Of a stretch of 64,000 nucleotides of DNA, positions 33,196 to 42,279 are shown piece by piece. The stretch's first letter is position 1. Each line of letters opens with the position of its first letter. Origin of the DNA: a virus. A model generated the notes under the pieces. The model had not been told where the DNA came from. It made no database searches and was given only the letters and a program-made list of their open reading frames with translations. Where the stretch lies: IMG/VR virus record IMGVR_UViG_3300029555_000004; one strand, given 5' to 3'. A program made the position numbers and the translations under genes.

Positions 33196-34677
33196 ATGGT
33201 TCGGCTCGTGAGAAATACAATGAATTTTGTAGATTTATGCCGAGGTGAGTTCGGGCGAAAAGTAGCCTACACAGGCGTTGACCGAATCACTCCACAAAAT
33301 GTAGTAAAAGTAGTATCAGATACAATTGGCATACATAATAGAAACCGAACATTGATTGATTACTTGTATCGGTATATGAAAGGCGATCAGCCGATATTAT
33401 ACCGAAACAAAATAGTCCGACCAGAAGTTAATAACAGAGTGGTCGAAAATCACGCATTTGAAACTGTAAAATTTAAAGCTGGACAGATTTGTGGGGAGCC
33501 AATCCAATATGTATGTAAAAAGAAAAATGCAGACAAAAAAATAAATGAGCAAGTTGATTTGTTGAATGATTATCTGGATGAAGCCAATGCAGATGCAAGA
33601 AACATCCAGAGGGCAATATACCAAAGTGCAACAGGAACTTCCTATAAGGCTATTCTGAAAGAAGAGGACTGGACAAAAAACGGAGATTTACCACCGTTTA
33701 GAATCTTCATTCCGTATCCTGGTGATTGTTACATTGTATACTCACAGAGAAATGGGAAACCAATGCTTTCCGTGCAGATTTTAAAAGATGAAGATGAACA
33801 GCAATATTATTTGTGCTATTCAAAGAACCAGTTTTTTGAAATCAAGAATGGAAAAGTAACTAACTACGGCATCAATGGTTTTGGTGGTATTCCAATCGTT
33901 GAATGTCCGAATAATCACGACAGACTTTCGGATGTTGAAATTGCAATCACCTTATTTGATGCAATTAACAAATATCAGTCTGATAGATTAAATGGCGTGG
34001 AACAGTTTGTGCAAGCCTTTATGAAGTTTAAGAACTGCGAGGTAGACGAAAACGAGTTTTTGAAAATGGTAAAACTTGGTGCTATCTCTGTTAAAGATAC
34101 CGGAAATGGATGTCAGTCGGATGTTGAACTGATGACCGCTGAATTGAATCAATCAGAGAGCCAGGTTGCAAAGGATGATATCTACAATAATATGCTGATT
34201 GTAGAAGCAATGCCAAACCGACAAAGCAATAGTGGAGGAGATACAGGAAATGCCGTATACCTTCGTAATGGATGGGATTTTGCAGAGAGAGATGCAAAAT
34301 TGGTAGAAGCATTCACCAAGGAAGCTGAAAAGGAATCTGCCAGAATTATTCTAAATATTATCCGTGGCACGTCAAATGATGTTAATATCTCAACCCGAGA
34401 TTTCGATGTGAAGATAACCAGAAACCCAACAGACAATATGCTTGTAAAAGCACAGGCACTTGATTATCTGTTTAAAAATAAAATCCATCCGCTTATTGCA
34501 CTAATTACTTGCGGTTTATTTAGTGATCCACAGAAAGTTTATGAAATGAGTTTACCGTATCTGGGAACTATTTACCCGGAACTGGCAGACCCGGAAGCAG
34601 AAATGCAGAAAGCGCAACAATTACTGGATGAAAAATTTCAGAATCCAATCAATAAAGGCGTGATAGATAATGAATAA
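33196..34677 (+). CDS. portal protein (SPP1 gp6-like)
   Basis: Size, position after terL, SPP1-type portal N-terminal pattern; start ambiguous (ATG 33196, GTG 33208 or ATG 33220). Confidence 0.8.
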   Translation: MVRLVRNTMNFVDLCRGEFGRKVAYTGVDRITPQNVVKVVSDTIGIHNRNRTLIDYLYRYMKGDQPILYRNKIVRPEVNNRVVENHAFETVKFKAGQICGEPIQYVCKKKNADKKINEQVDLLNDYLDEANADARNIQRAIYQSATGTSYKAILKEEDWTKNGDLPPFRIFIPYPGDCYIVYSQRNGKPMLSVQILKDEDEQQYYLCYSKNQFFEIKNGKVTNYGINGFGGIPIVECPNNHDRLSDVEIAITLFDAINKYQSDRLNGVEQFVQAFMKFKNCEVDENEFLKMVKLGAISVKDTGNGCQSDVELMTAELNQSESQVAKDDIYNNMLIVEAMPNRQSNSGGDTGNAVYLRNGWDFAERDAKLVEAFTKEAEKESARIILNIIRGTSNDVNISTRDFDVKITRNPTDNMLVKAQALDYLFKNKIHPLIALITCGLFSDPQKVYEMSLPYLGTIYPELADPEAEMQKAQQLLDEKFQNPINKGVIDNE

Positions 34678-35305
34678 AGCCTTACAGTTTGATGAATTAA
34701 ATGTTTTATCAGAGAACCGCAGAAGTGAACCGTACGAAGAATATTTCGATAAAATGTCCATTTCTGACAAACAAAAAAGACTGAGGATAGCTTTTTCCGA
34801 ACAGATGGAAGAAGTTATCCTTTTTGTTTTATCACTGATAGAAACAATGGTTGAGAATGAAGAAGTTGACCAGGAATATATAGAAAATGAGTTATCCGAA
34901 CAATACCTTGCGATAACAGCTATATATTTTGCTGTTGATGACTATATCACAGATTATGTTAGACAATTCTCACATGATGTTGTTCAATCCACATTCGATC
35001 ACATCAAGGAAGAGTATTATCTTTCCAGAGACAGGGCAATGTTTATTTCTGAATGTGAAGCAAATACTTCATTGAATTATAAGGAATACACGGATGCAAT
35101 CAAATCTGGGAAGAAACATAAAACCTGGAAAGACATAGGAGATAAAAGAGAGCGCAGAACACATCTTGAAGTTGGCGGCACGACAATTCCAATCAAGGAG
35201 TTGTTTGCAGTCGGTGACAGCTTAATGCTTTTTCCAAAAGATGCTTCACATGGAGCTTCCAGCAAAGAAATTGTGAACTGTCGATGCTCAATTCAATACA
35301 GTTAA
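34670..35305 (+). CDS. head morphogenesis protein (Mu F / SPP1 gp7-like)
   Basis: C-terminal RTHLEVGG...NCRCSIQY motif; follows the portal gene. Confidence 0.75.
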   Translation: MNKALQFDELNVLSENRRSEPYEEYFDKMSISDKQKRLRIAFSEQMEEVILFVLSLIETMVENEEVDQEYIENELSEQYLAITAIYFAVDDYITDYVRQFSHDVVQSTFDHIKEEYYLSRDRAMFISECEANTSLNYKEYTDAIKSGKKHKTWKDIGDKRERRTHLEVGGTTIPIKELFAVGDSLMLFPKDASHGASSKEIVNCRCSIQYS

Positions 35306-35307
35306 TT

Positions 35308-35332
35308 AGGGACGAGAAATCGTCTCTTTTTT
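35308..35332 (+). terminator. intrinsic terminator
   Basis: AGGGACGA-GAAA-TCGTCTCT then T6. Confidence 0.85.
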
Positions 35333-35431
35333 ATTACACAAAAATAAAATGCATCCCGATAGCGTGAACATGGGAGACACCTTATGTTGAGCGAACAACG
35401 TTAAAAAGCGTACTGGTGAAAGGAGATTTCA

Positions 35432-36055
35432 ATGACAAGAGAAGATGTTAAAAAGATTTTTCCAGAAGCAACTGACGAGCAGATTACAGCATTTCTGAAT
35501 CAGTCTAATTCTGATGTGGCTAGAGAAAAAGCAAAAGCCCAGAAGATGAAAGAGGATGCAGAAAAAGCGGAAGCACTGGAAAAAGAACTGGAAGAACTCA
35601 AACAGCAGAACATGACGGAAGCTGAGAAAGCAGAACTGGAACGCCAGAAAGAAAAAGTTGCAAATGAGAAGAGGATTTCTGACCTCGAATCTGCACTTGC
35701 AACGTCCCAGAGAGAAGCCCTAGTAGGAAAAATCACTTCCATTTTTGCTAATGCAGGAATGAAAGGGGATGCTTACGCCGGAGCGATCAAAGCTTTTTCC
35801 AACATGAATGCGGATGATGCTCTTAAAGAAGCCCAGACCTTTGTTGATGGAATTTCCGCAGAAAATAAAGCGACACTTGATACCGCAAAGGCAGCTTGGG
35901 AGAAGGAAGCATTGGAAAACACTCCGAATCCGGGCGGTGGTAGTGGTAGCAAAGATACCGTAAAAAGCGATGCTGCTGAATTTGCAAAAGCTTACTCAGC
36001 AAAAATGAACCAGGAAACTAAATCAGCGGACGGTAACGCCCCTGTAAATATTTAA
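35432..36055 (+). CDS. scaffolding protein (DUF4355-like)
   Basis: Coiled-coil, Glu/Lys/Ala-rich; directly upstream of the capsid genes. Confidence 0.7.
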   Translation: MTREDVKKIFPEATDEQITAFLNQSNSDVAREKAKAQKMKEDAEKAEALEKELEELKQQNMTEAEKAELERQKEKVANEKRISDLESALATSQREALVGKITSIFANAGMKGDAYAGAIKAFSNMNADDALKEAQTFVDGISAENKATLDTAKAAWEKEALENTPNPGGGSGSKDTVKSDAAEFAKAYSAKMNQETKSADGNAPVNI

Positions 36056-36073
36056 GTAAAGGAGATATAAATA

Positions 36074-36418
36074 ATGGCTTTTATGAAAACAGAGCAGTAT
36101 GAGTCCACTCCAAATATTCTCGAATCCGAGGTCGGACTTGTGCTTAAAACCTACACAGCAGATCAGACAAATGCTGAAACAGTTGGAACTAAGAAAATTA
36201 TTAAAGCAGGTTCCGTATATCCAACAAATGCGACAGGTGCAATCGGTATTGTATTTGAAGATGTTGATATGACAGATGATACCAAGAGACCAATTTCCGT
36301 GATTGTCGCAGGACGTGTTCTCGAAAAGAGACTTCCGGTAACAGTTGACACTACTGCAAAAACAGAGCTTGAAAAAGCCGGAATTGTTTTTGTAGTCACA
36401 GAAGACCCAGTATTTTAA
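36074..36418 (+). CDS. putative head decoration/accessory capsid protein
   Basis: Position between scaffold and major capsid; no clear motif. Confidence 0.35.
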   Translation: MAFMKTEQYESTPNILESEVGLVLKTYTADQTNAETVGTKKIIKAGSVYPTNATGAIGIVFEDVDMTDDTKRPISVIVAGRVLEKRLPVTVDTTAKTELEKAGIVFVVTEDPVF

Positions 36419-36431
36419 GGAGGTATGACAA

Positions 36432-37469
36432 ATGCCATTTAATGTATTAGAAACAATCACAGAGGAAGAGAGACTTAATTTCTCCCAGAGTTTTGATGTA
36501 AAAAGACCTGGCATCCTTGGTACCATTTTCCCGGATACAAAAACACAATATTTGAAAGCCGAATACTACAGACTTATGGCTGGACAGCGACTGCCAGAGG
36601 TAGCTTTTGTTCACGCACTTGATACCGAAGCAGAAATCGGTTCCAGACCTGGTTTCGAAAAGGTATTGACCGAGAAACTTTTCATTAAGAGAAAAATCAA
36701 TCAGTCTGAGAGATTACAGCAGGCTATTGAAAATGGTGTTCCAGATGACAATAATCTCAAAAAATTTGTATTTGACGATGCAGCCAATCTTTTTGAGGGC
36801 GTAGTCGCAAGGGCGAATGTAATGAAAGGCCAGTTCCTTTCCACTGGTATTGTAAAAATCAAGGAAAATCATGTGGATATGAGCATTGATTACGGCGTTA
36901 CATCTGATGCAAAAGTAACACTCACTGATTGGTCTAAGCCAGACGCAGATATCATGGGCGATATCCAGAAGATGGTAGCCATTGCAGAAGATAACGGATA
37001 TGTGGTAAACAAAGCTCTTACTTCTCTCAAAATGATTAATTACATGAGAAACAATACTGCAATGCAGACCGCTGTTCTTGGAGCTGCAAACAAACGTCTT
37101 CTGACAAAACAGGAGCTTACAAATCTGCTTATGCAGGAGTACGGATTCACAATTGATCGTTGTGATGAAAAATATCGTTACAGAAAAGCAGACGGAACTC
37201 TGAAAACAGGAAGATACTTCAAAGAAGATGTGTTTACTTTGTATGAAGCAAATGCGAATGGCTCCTTTGGCTCCGGACTTTGGGGTGTAACTCCAGAGGA
37301 AACGGAATACAGACAGTTCATCCAGGAAGAGAACCGTTCTTTCGTAACTCTGTCCATGTGGGCTACACCAGATCCAGTTGCAGTATGGACAAAAGCATCC
37401 GGTATGTTCGTTCCTGTTGCACCAAAAGCCAACGGCGGTATCGTAATCGGTACCAAGGCGGGGGAATAA
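36432..37469 (+). CDS. major capsid protein (capsid protein E-like)
   Basis: 345 aa, position, N-terminal MPFNVLE...LNFSQSF pattern. Confidence 0.8.
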   Translation: MPFNVLETITEEERLNFSQSFDVKRPGILGTIFPDTKTQYLKAEYYRLMAGQRLPEVAFVHALDTEAEIGSRPGFEKVLTEKLFIKRKINQSERLQQAIENGVPDDNNLKKFVFDDAANLFEGVVARANVMKGQFLSTGIVKIKENHVDMSIDYGVTSDAKVTLTDWSKPDADIMGDIQKMVAIAEDNGYVVNKALTSLKMINYMRNNTAMQTAVLGAANKRLLTKQELTNLLMQEYGFTIDRCDEKYRYRKADGTLKTGRYFKEDVFTLYEANANGSFGSGLWGVTPEETEYRQFIQEENRSFVTLSMWATPDPVAVWTKASGMFVPVAPKANGGIVIGTKAGE

Positions 37470-37669
37470 CCGGGCATAGTCTCGATGAAAACAGCCAGTC
37501 ACCATCTGTAGCGAGTGCTTATGATGAATCAAAACATAAGTATACAGAAAGCGAGTTGTCTAATATGACTGTATCTCAGTTAAGACAACTTGCAAGTGAT
37601 AACGGCTATGCCCTGACAGCAACTAATAAGGCTGGAATAATATCAGAGATTTTATCTCAGCAAAGGTAG
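37385..37669 (+). CDS. HeH/Rho-N-like motif ORF in the -1 frame of the capsid gene 3' end
   Basis: C-terminus SELSNMTVSQLRQLASDNGYALTATNKAGIISEILSQQ; no RBS at ATG 37385; may be a frameshift extension. Confidence 0.3.
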   Translation: MDKSIRYVRSCCTKSQRRYRNRYQGGGITGHSLDENSQSPSVASAYDESKHKYTESELSNMTVSQLRQLASDNGYALTATNKAGIISEILSQQR

Positions 37670-37677
37670 GTGATTAA

Positions 37678-37998
37678 ATGGACGAACAGCTTATAGAGGA
37701 CTTGACAAATTATCTTGAAGATGATGCAGAAACTGCGAGGATGATTCCTCTTTCGGCAAAGAGGGCTATTCGTTCATTTAAGAAGAAAAGGAATTATCCT
37801 TCATCTTACAGTGATGAGAAAATAAATTCCGATATGGAAAACTGCTATGATTGCATATTTGATTTGGCTCTTTTCTTCCTGGTGAAACAGGGAGCTGAAT
37901 TTCAAGAATCACATTCCGAATCTTCTGTAAACAGAAATTGGACTTCTGAAACTGAAATATATGTAAATCATGGTGTTTTTCCATTTATCGGATTCTAA
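37678..37998 (+). CDS. head-tail connector (gp6/DNA-packaging-like)
   Basis: ~106 aa, position after capsid, pattern typical of the phage_connect_1 family. Confidence 0.5.
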   Translation: MDEQLIEDLTNYLEDDAETARMIPLSAKRAIRSFKKKRNYPSSYSDEKINSDMENCYDCIFDLALFFLVKQGAEFQESHSESSVNRNWTSETEIYVNHGVFPFIGF

Positions 37999-38105
37999 GA
38001 TGGTGTGTGCGTGATACGTCAATCCTCCCACGTATCGCAGGGGTGCTTCAAATTAGGTGGGTAGAAGCAATATCTAAAAAATGGGAGTGATGGAAAGGAA
38101 TAGCG

Positions 38106-38417
38106 ATGGGATGTGAACACGAGTGTATCAACGAACACCGCTTGAAAGAATTGGAAAGTGCCGTCCATGAGATGAAAGAAAAGCATTCCAAAAGGGATGG
38201 AGTTTTTTTTGAACGTATCAATGCTTTGGAACAGAAAATTGCTTTATACAACAATGACCTGGGACACATTAAGGATACAGTTGACGAAATGAACGACAAT
38301 TTAAAATCACTCATGGAAAAGCCAGGAAAGTTACAGGACAAAATAATTGCTTATGTCATAACTGGCATAATTGGTATTGTTTTAGGCTTTGCCCTAAAAG
38401 GCATTTTCCCGGTGTAA
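38106..38417 (+). CDS. XhlA-like membrane protein
   Basis: HRLKELESAVHEMKEKH coiled coil, EKPGK, single C-terminal TM IIAYVITGIIGIVLGFAL as in PBSX XhlA. Confidence 0.55.
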   Translation: MGCEHECINEHRLKELESAVHEMKEKHSKRDGVFFERINALEQKIALYNNDLGHIKDTVDEMNDNLKSLMEKPGKLQDKIIAYVITGIIGIVLGFALKGIFPV

Positions 38418-38449
38418 ATATTGATTCCACTAACAGGGAGGACAGTGGA

Positions 38450-38686
38450 ATGGATGATTATAAAGACTTTTCAGAAGATGAAAGAATCTTCTATTTGCGT
38501 GAAGCTGGATTTGATTCCAGAGAAAAGGAGTTATTCCGATTGCGTGTCTATGAAGAAAAAACGCTTGCAGAAGCTTCAGAAATCATGGGCTACAGCACGA
38601 GAACCGTAGACCGCATAAACAGAAAATTAAAAAAGAAAATTATGAAAGTTGCCCCGATGTATTGTCGGGGCTTTTCTTTGTATTAA
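38450..38686 (+). CDS. mini sigma-70 region-4-like HTH protein (78 aa)
   Basis: REKELFRLRVYEEKTLAEASEIMGYSTRTVDRINRKLKKK. Confidence 0.6.
   Translation: MDDYKDFSEDERIFYLREAGFDSREKELFRLRVYEEKTLAEASEIMGYSTRTVDRINRKLKKKIMKVAPMYCRGFSLY
38651..38679 (+). terminator. intrinsic terminator inside the last codons of the sigma-like gene
   Basis: GCCCCGA-7 nt-TCGGGGC then TTTTCTTT. Confidence 0.85.
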
Positions 38687-38692
38687 TAGAAA

Positions 38693-38759
38693 ATGGCGTA
38701 TTTATGGCGTTATCATGGCGTGTTAATCAACCTCTTATTATTGTAAAATATAGTTATAA
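38693..38759 (+). promoter_or_regulatory. ATGGCGT x3 (11-bp period) upstream of a -10-only promoter
   Basis: Repeats at 38693, 38704 and 38715; TGTAAAAT at 38752-38759; no -35 match. Confidence 0.55.
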
Positions 38760-38779
38760 AAACAAGGGAGGTTTGAGAT

Positions 38780-39277
38780 ATGCAGTATGGTAATCCGTAT
38801 TTTGCACAACCATTTCAACAAATACAGCCGTATCAAGATAGATTAGCACAATTACAGAATAGTTATCAGCAGGCAATGCCATACGGGCAGGCGCAGATTC
38901 AGCAACCAATACAACAAATGCCACAAGTACCACAAATCCCCATGTTGCAAGGACAGATGGTCGATGGTATTGATACCGTAAAGGCAAAAGACGTAGATAT
39001 GTCTGGAAACCCTGTTTATTATCCAAAAACAGATGGAACAGAAATATATAGAAAACAATTACAGGCAGATGGAAGAAGTAGAATTTTTGTTTATCGACTT
39101 ATAAATCCGGAAGAACAACAGCAACCAAAGGCAGAAGAAAAACCAATTGACATAGAAGCTATGTTTAATCAGCTTCGGAACGATGTTTGTTCTGAGATTT
39201 CCGAAATAAAGAGTATGTTTCCGACACAAATGTCGGGAACACCGGAACTCAAGCAGAATGGAGGTAAACAGAGATGA
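38780..39277 (+). CDS. Gln/Pro-rich protein, unknown function
   Basis: N-terminal ~55 aa are about one-third Gln (QPFQQIQPYQDRLAQLQNSYQQ...); GGGAGG RBS. Confidence 0.6.
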   Translation: MQYGNPYFAQPFQQIQPYQDRLAQLQNSYQQAMPYGQAQIQQPIQQMPQVPQIPMLQGQMVDGIDTVKAKDVDMSGNPVYYPKTDGTEIYRKQLQADGRSRIFVYRLINPEEQQQPKAEEKPIDIEAMFNQLRNDVCSEISEIKSMFPTQMSGTPELKQNGGKQR

Positions 39278-39519
39278 ATTTTAGTCCAAACGCCATGATG
39301 AAAAAGCAATTTGAGAAAATGATTACTCAGAGGTTCGGAAGTGTTGATAACATGATAAACGATATGAGTAAATTTGCAGGGAATAATCCAACATTAAAAA
39401 ATGCGTTGGATTTATACAAAAAAGGTGATACAGACCAGTTGCATCAAATACAGCAAAATGTATTTAATGAAAAACACTTATCACCAGATGGAATTATACA
39501 GAAATTCCTTGGATTATAA
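39274..39519 (+). CDS. hypothetical protein
   Basis: ORF track; 4-nt overlap. Confidence 0.55.
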   Translation: MNFSPNAMMKKQFEKMITQRFGSVDNMINDMSKFAGNNPTLKNALDLYKKGDTDQLHQIQQNVFNEKHLSPDGIIQKFLGL

Positions 39520-39615
39520 CACTTCCCCATAATTGGGTGATTAAGAATCGCTACAATTTGGGACGACAGCCGCGGATGTCTCCTATTGTAAATAAAATTT
39601 AAGGAGACTAAAAAC

Positions 39616-40425
39616 ATGATGAATGGTTCAAATTACAGCCTTAGCGACATTGCAGCTGCTACAGGCTCTAATAACCGTGCCAATGATATGTGGGGCGGTG
39701 ATGGCTTTTCACTTATCTGGCTCGTCCTAATCTTCGCAATCTTCGGCTGGGGAGGTTTTGGCGGCTGGGGCGGCGGCTTTGGTGGTAACGGTGGAAACGG
39801 TGCGAACGGTGCCGGCTTCCAAGGATGGGCTACCCGTTCAGATATTAATGAGGAATTCGCCCTTAATGATATTCAGAATGGTATCAGAGGTATTCAGCAG
39901 GGTATCTGTGACAGCACATATTCTCTTAACAATACCATGCAGAGTGGCTTTAATGGTATGAATGTCGGAATGCTTCAAGGCTTTAATGGCGTTCAGCAGG
40001 CAATCAATGCTGATACTGTAGCCGGTATGCAGAATACCAACGCATTACAGTCTCAGTTAGCAAATTGTTGCTGCGAAACAAGAGAAGCAATCCAGGGCAT
40101 CAATTATAACCTTGCCACTAACACTTGTGCTCTCCAGAACACAATGAACAACAACACAAGAGATCTTCTGGAAAACCAGAACAGCAACACAAGAGCAATC
40201 CTTGACTTCCTGACTAACGATAAGATTGCAACATTACAGGCAGAGAACTCTGATCTGAAACGTGCTGCATCCCAGGATCGCCAGTCTGCATTGCTTACAA
40301 CAGAGATGTACGCACAGGCTCAGAGATTAATCAATGCAATCAACCCGGCTCCGATTCCTGCATTCCAGGTTCCAGCTCCATATGCATACGCAGGATGTAA
40401 TACATATGGTAACGGTTGTTGCTAA
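39616..40425 (+). CDS. Gly-rich/Asn-Gln-rich membrane-anchored protein with Cys clusters
   Basis: TM LIWLVLIFAIFGW followed by GGFGGWGGGFGGNGGNGANG, internal CCC, C-terminal GCNTYGNGCC; AAGGAG RBS. Confidence 0.6.
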   Translation: MMNGSNYSLSDIAAATGSNNRANDMWGGDGFSLIWLVLIFAIFGWGGFGGWGGGFGGNGGNGANGAGFQGWATRSDINEEFALNDIQNGIRGIQQGICDSTYSLNNTMQSGFNGMNVGMLQGFNGVQQAINADTVAGMQNTNALQSQLANCCCETREAIQGINYNLATNTCALQNTMNNNTRDLLENQNSNTRAILDFLTNDKIATLQAENSDLKRAASQDRQSALLTTEMYAQAQRLINAINPAPIPAFQVPAPYAYAGCNTYGNGCC

Positions 40426-40504
40426 GTAACTCACCCTTAGAGGTTGACTAAATTCTAAGAGGTGGGTTGCGGCTCACCTCTTATTTTGATTGAGAGGTAG
40501 AAAT

Positions 40505-40930
40505 ATGAGTTGTAAAAATGTTTGTAAGCTCTGCAACCGTCTTGTAATAAGCCAAGCTGTTGCGTTTACAGGAGGTAATCTTGTAATCACACTCCCAGAA
40601 GGCAGTTACAACAATGGAGAGAAATATTGTATTGTTGTTGCACAAAGTATACCAGAAGCCACTACAATTACTGCTCCGGTAATGATTCAGATAGGAACAG
40701 GAACAACTTTGTATCCGCTAGAAAATCGTTGCTGTGCACAGATTACGGCTTGTGGAATAAGAACCAGAACGAAGTACGCAACCAGAGTAGCTACAAGTGC
40801 AACTGGCGGAGTATTCAAGATGTTAGGAAATCCGGCTTGTAGTCCGAGCAACAATTTGAAAGCAATTAATGGTACAGCCCCAACGACAGAAGCACCTGTT
40901 ACGCAGGCTGTTAGAAAGGGGGCACTGTAA
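40505..40930 (+). CDS. Cys-rich protein, unknown function
   Basis: MSCKNVCKLCN...RCCAQITACG; GAGAGG RBS. Confidence 0.55.
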   Translation: MSCKNVCKLCNRLVISQAVAFTGGNLVITLPEGSYNNGEKYCIVVAQSIPEATTITAPVMIQIGTGTTLYPLENRCCAQITACGIRTRTKYATRVATSATGGVFKMLGNPACSPSNNLKAINGTAPTTEAPVTQAVRKGAL

Positions 40931-41562
40931 TGCATAAAGTTGCAATGGAAATGGGAAAATGGGCTATGGAAAAAGCCAAAACACATGGCTTTGATAATCT
41001 TAGTGCTCAAGACTGGGACGATTTGAAAGACTGCATGGAAGCAGTAAAATGTGCGATTTGCGCTGATAAAGATTATCGTATTGTGGAAGCTATGGATGAA
41101 TGCGAACAGGAAGAAAAGTATCTTGGACGCATGGGATATGACCGTTACCGCTATTCAAATGGGCGTTTCGCTCCAAAAGGTAGGGGAACCAGAAAAGGCT
41201 ATAGACCGTATCTGTATATGCAGGATGATGACTGGATGGATGAGTATTTAAACAATCCAGAATTTGAGCGCAATATGTACCGCATGGGATATCATCCAGA
41301 TCGTAGTGATATGGAAAATGATGGTATGAATATGAATTGGAAGAAATCCAGATATGGCGAATCCTATGATAAATACGATGAGAATCGTAGACACTATCAT
41401 GATTCCAAAGACACGGAATCCAAGAGAAAAATGGATGATTCCATGAAAGAATACACATCAGATATTATTCGTAATCTCACGGAAATGTGGTCAGATGCAG
41501 ATGCAACACTCAGACAGTCAATGAAAGCTGACCTGACCAGACTTGTACAGCAGATGAACTAG
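40930..41562 (+). CDS. Tyr/Arg/Asp/Met-rich low-complexity protein
   Basis: ORF track; abuts the upstream stop. Confidence 0.55.
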   Translation: MHKVAMEMGKWAMEKAKTHGFDNLSAQDWDDLKDCMEAVKCAICADKDYRIVEAMDECEQEEKYLGRMGYDRYRYSNGRFAPKGRGTRKGYRPYLYMQDDDWMDEYLNNPEFERNMYRMGYHPDRSDMENDGMNMNWKKSRYGESYDKYDENRRHYHDSKDTESKRKMDDSMKEYTSDIIRNLTEMWSDADATLRQSMKADLTRLVQQMN

Positions 41563-41581
41563 AGCAATAAATGAATTAAGT

Positions 41582-41615
41582 CCTTGTCGCGAATTAATGC
41601 GGCAGGGGCTTTTTT
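41582..41615 (+). terminator. intrinsic terminator
   Basis: CCTTGTCGC/GCGGCAGGG stem then CTTTTTT; followed by AGAAAGGATGGT, the same 12-mer found after the box A terminator. Confidence 0.7.
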
Positions 41616-41638
41616 CGTAGAAAGGATGGTAAGAAACC

Positions 41639-42025
41639 ATGCTGAAACAATTCTATATGAACGGGTACTTATGGAGAGTTCGCTTTGTTTCTCCCCATGA
41701 TAATGTTTTGATTGACCGCACAGGAAAACGCACACTTGCTGTATCTGATTACTCTACAATGACAATTTCGATTGCAAACAACTTGCATGGTGAACTTCTA
41801 AATCGTGTATTTATTCATGAATTAGGGCATTGTGTGATGTTCAGCTACGGTTTACTTACAGAGCTTCACCGCATGGTTAAGAAACGATACTGGGTAGATG
41901 CAGAGGAATTTGTATGCAATATTCTGGCAGACTATGGACAGTTTGTTATTGGCACAGCCAGAGATATCTTAGGAAACCAGTTCACATATGTAGCTCCCAT
42001 TGGGGCAGAAAGGATGATTGCGTAA
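41639..42025 (+). CDS. small HExxH zinc-metallopeptidase-like protein
   Basis: FIHELGHCV motif. Confidence 0.55.
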   Translation: MLKQFYMNGYLWRVRFVSPHDNVLIDRTGKRTLAVSDYSTMTISIANNLHGELLNRVFIHELGHCVMFSYGLLTELHRMVKKRYWVDAEEFVCNILADYGQFVIGTARDILGNQFTYVAPIGAERMIA

Positions 42026-42268
42026 ATGGCAAAAGCAGAAAACACAATTATTTTTGATGGCATTCAGTACAATCCAGGTGATGAATTGCCGGATTTAGGC
42101 AGTTGGGTATGTACAGATGCAAAAGGTATGGTTCGTGATTACGAGGGGCTTTCAAAAGATGTATCAAAGCTCCCACATTATGTACAGAGCGGTTCTTCGG
42201 CGTTGTGCCTTGATACCTCTGAATTATACGAGTATCACAAACCTACAGACACATGGTACAGGTTGTAA
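42026..42268 (+). CDS. hypothetical protein
   Basis: ORF track. Confidence 0.5.
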   Translation: MAKAENTIIFDGIQYNPGDELPDLGSWVCTDAKGMVRDYEGLSKDVSKLPHYVQSGSSALCLDTSELYEYHKPTDTWYRL

Positions 42269-42279
42269 AGGAGAAGCGT

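Noticed and set aside
39758-39961. Alternative-frame ORFs inside the Gly-rich gene and neighbours (39758-39961, 40627-40842, 41051-41251)
   Set aside because: They are embedded in longer RBS-supported ORFs and are probably a product of biased codon composition.
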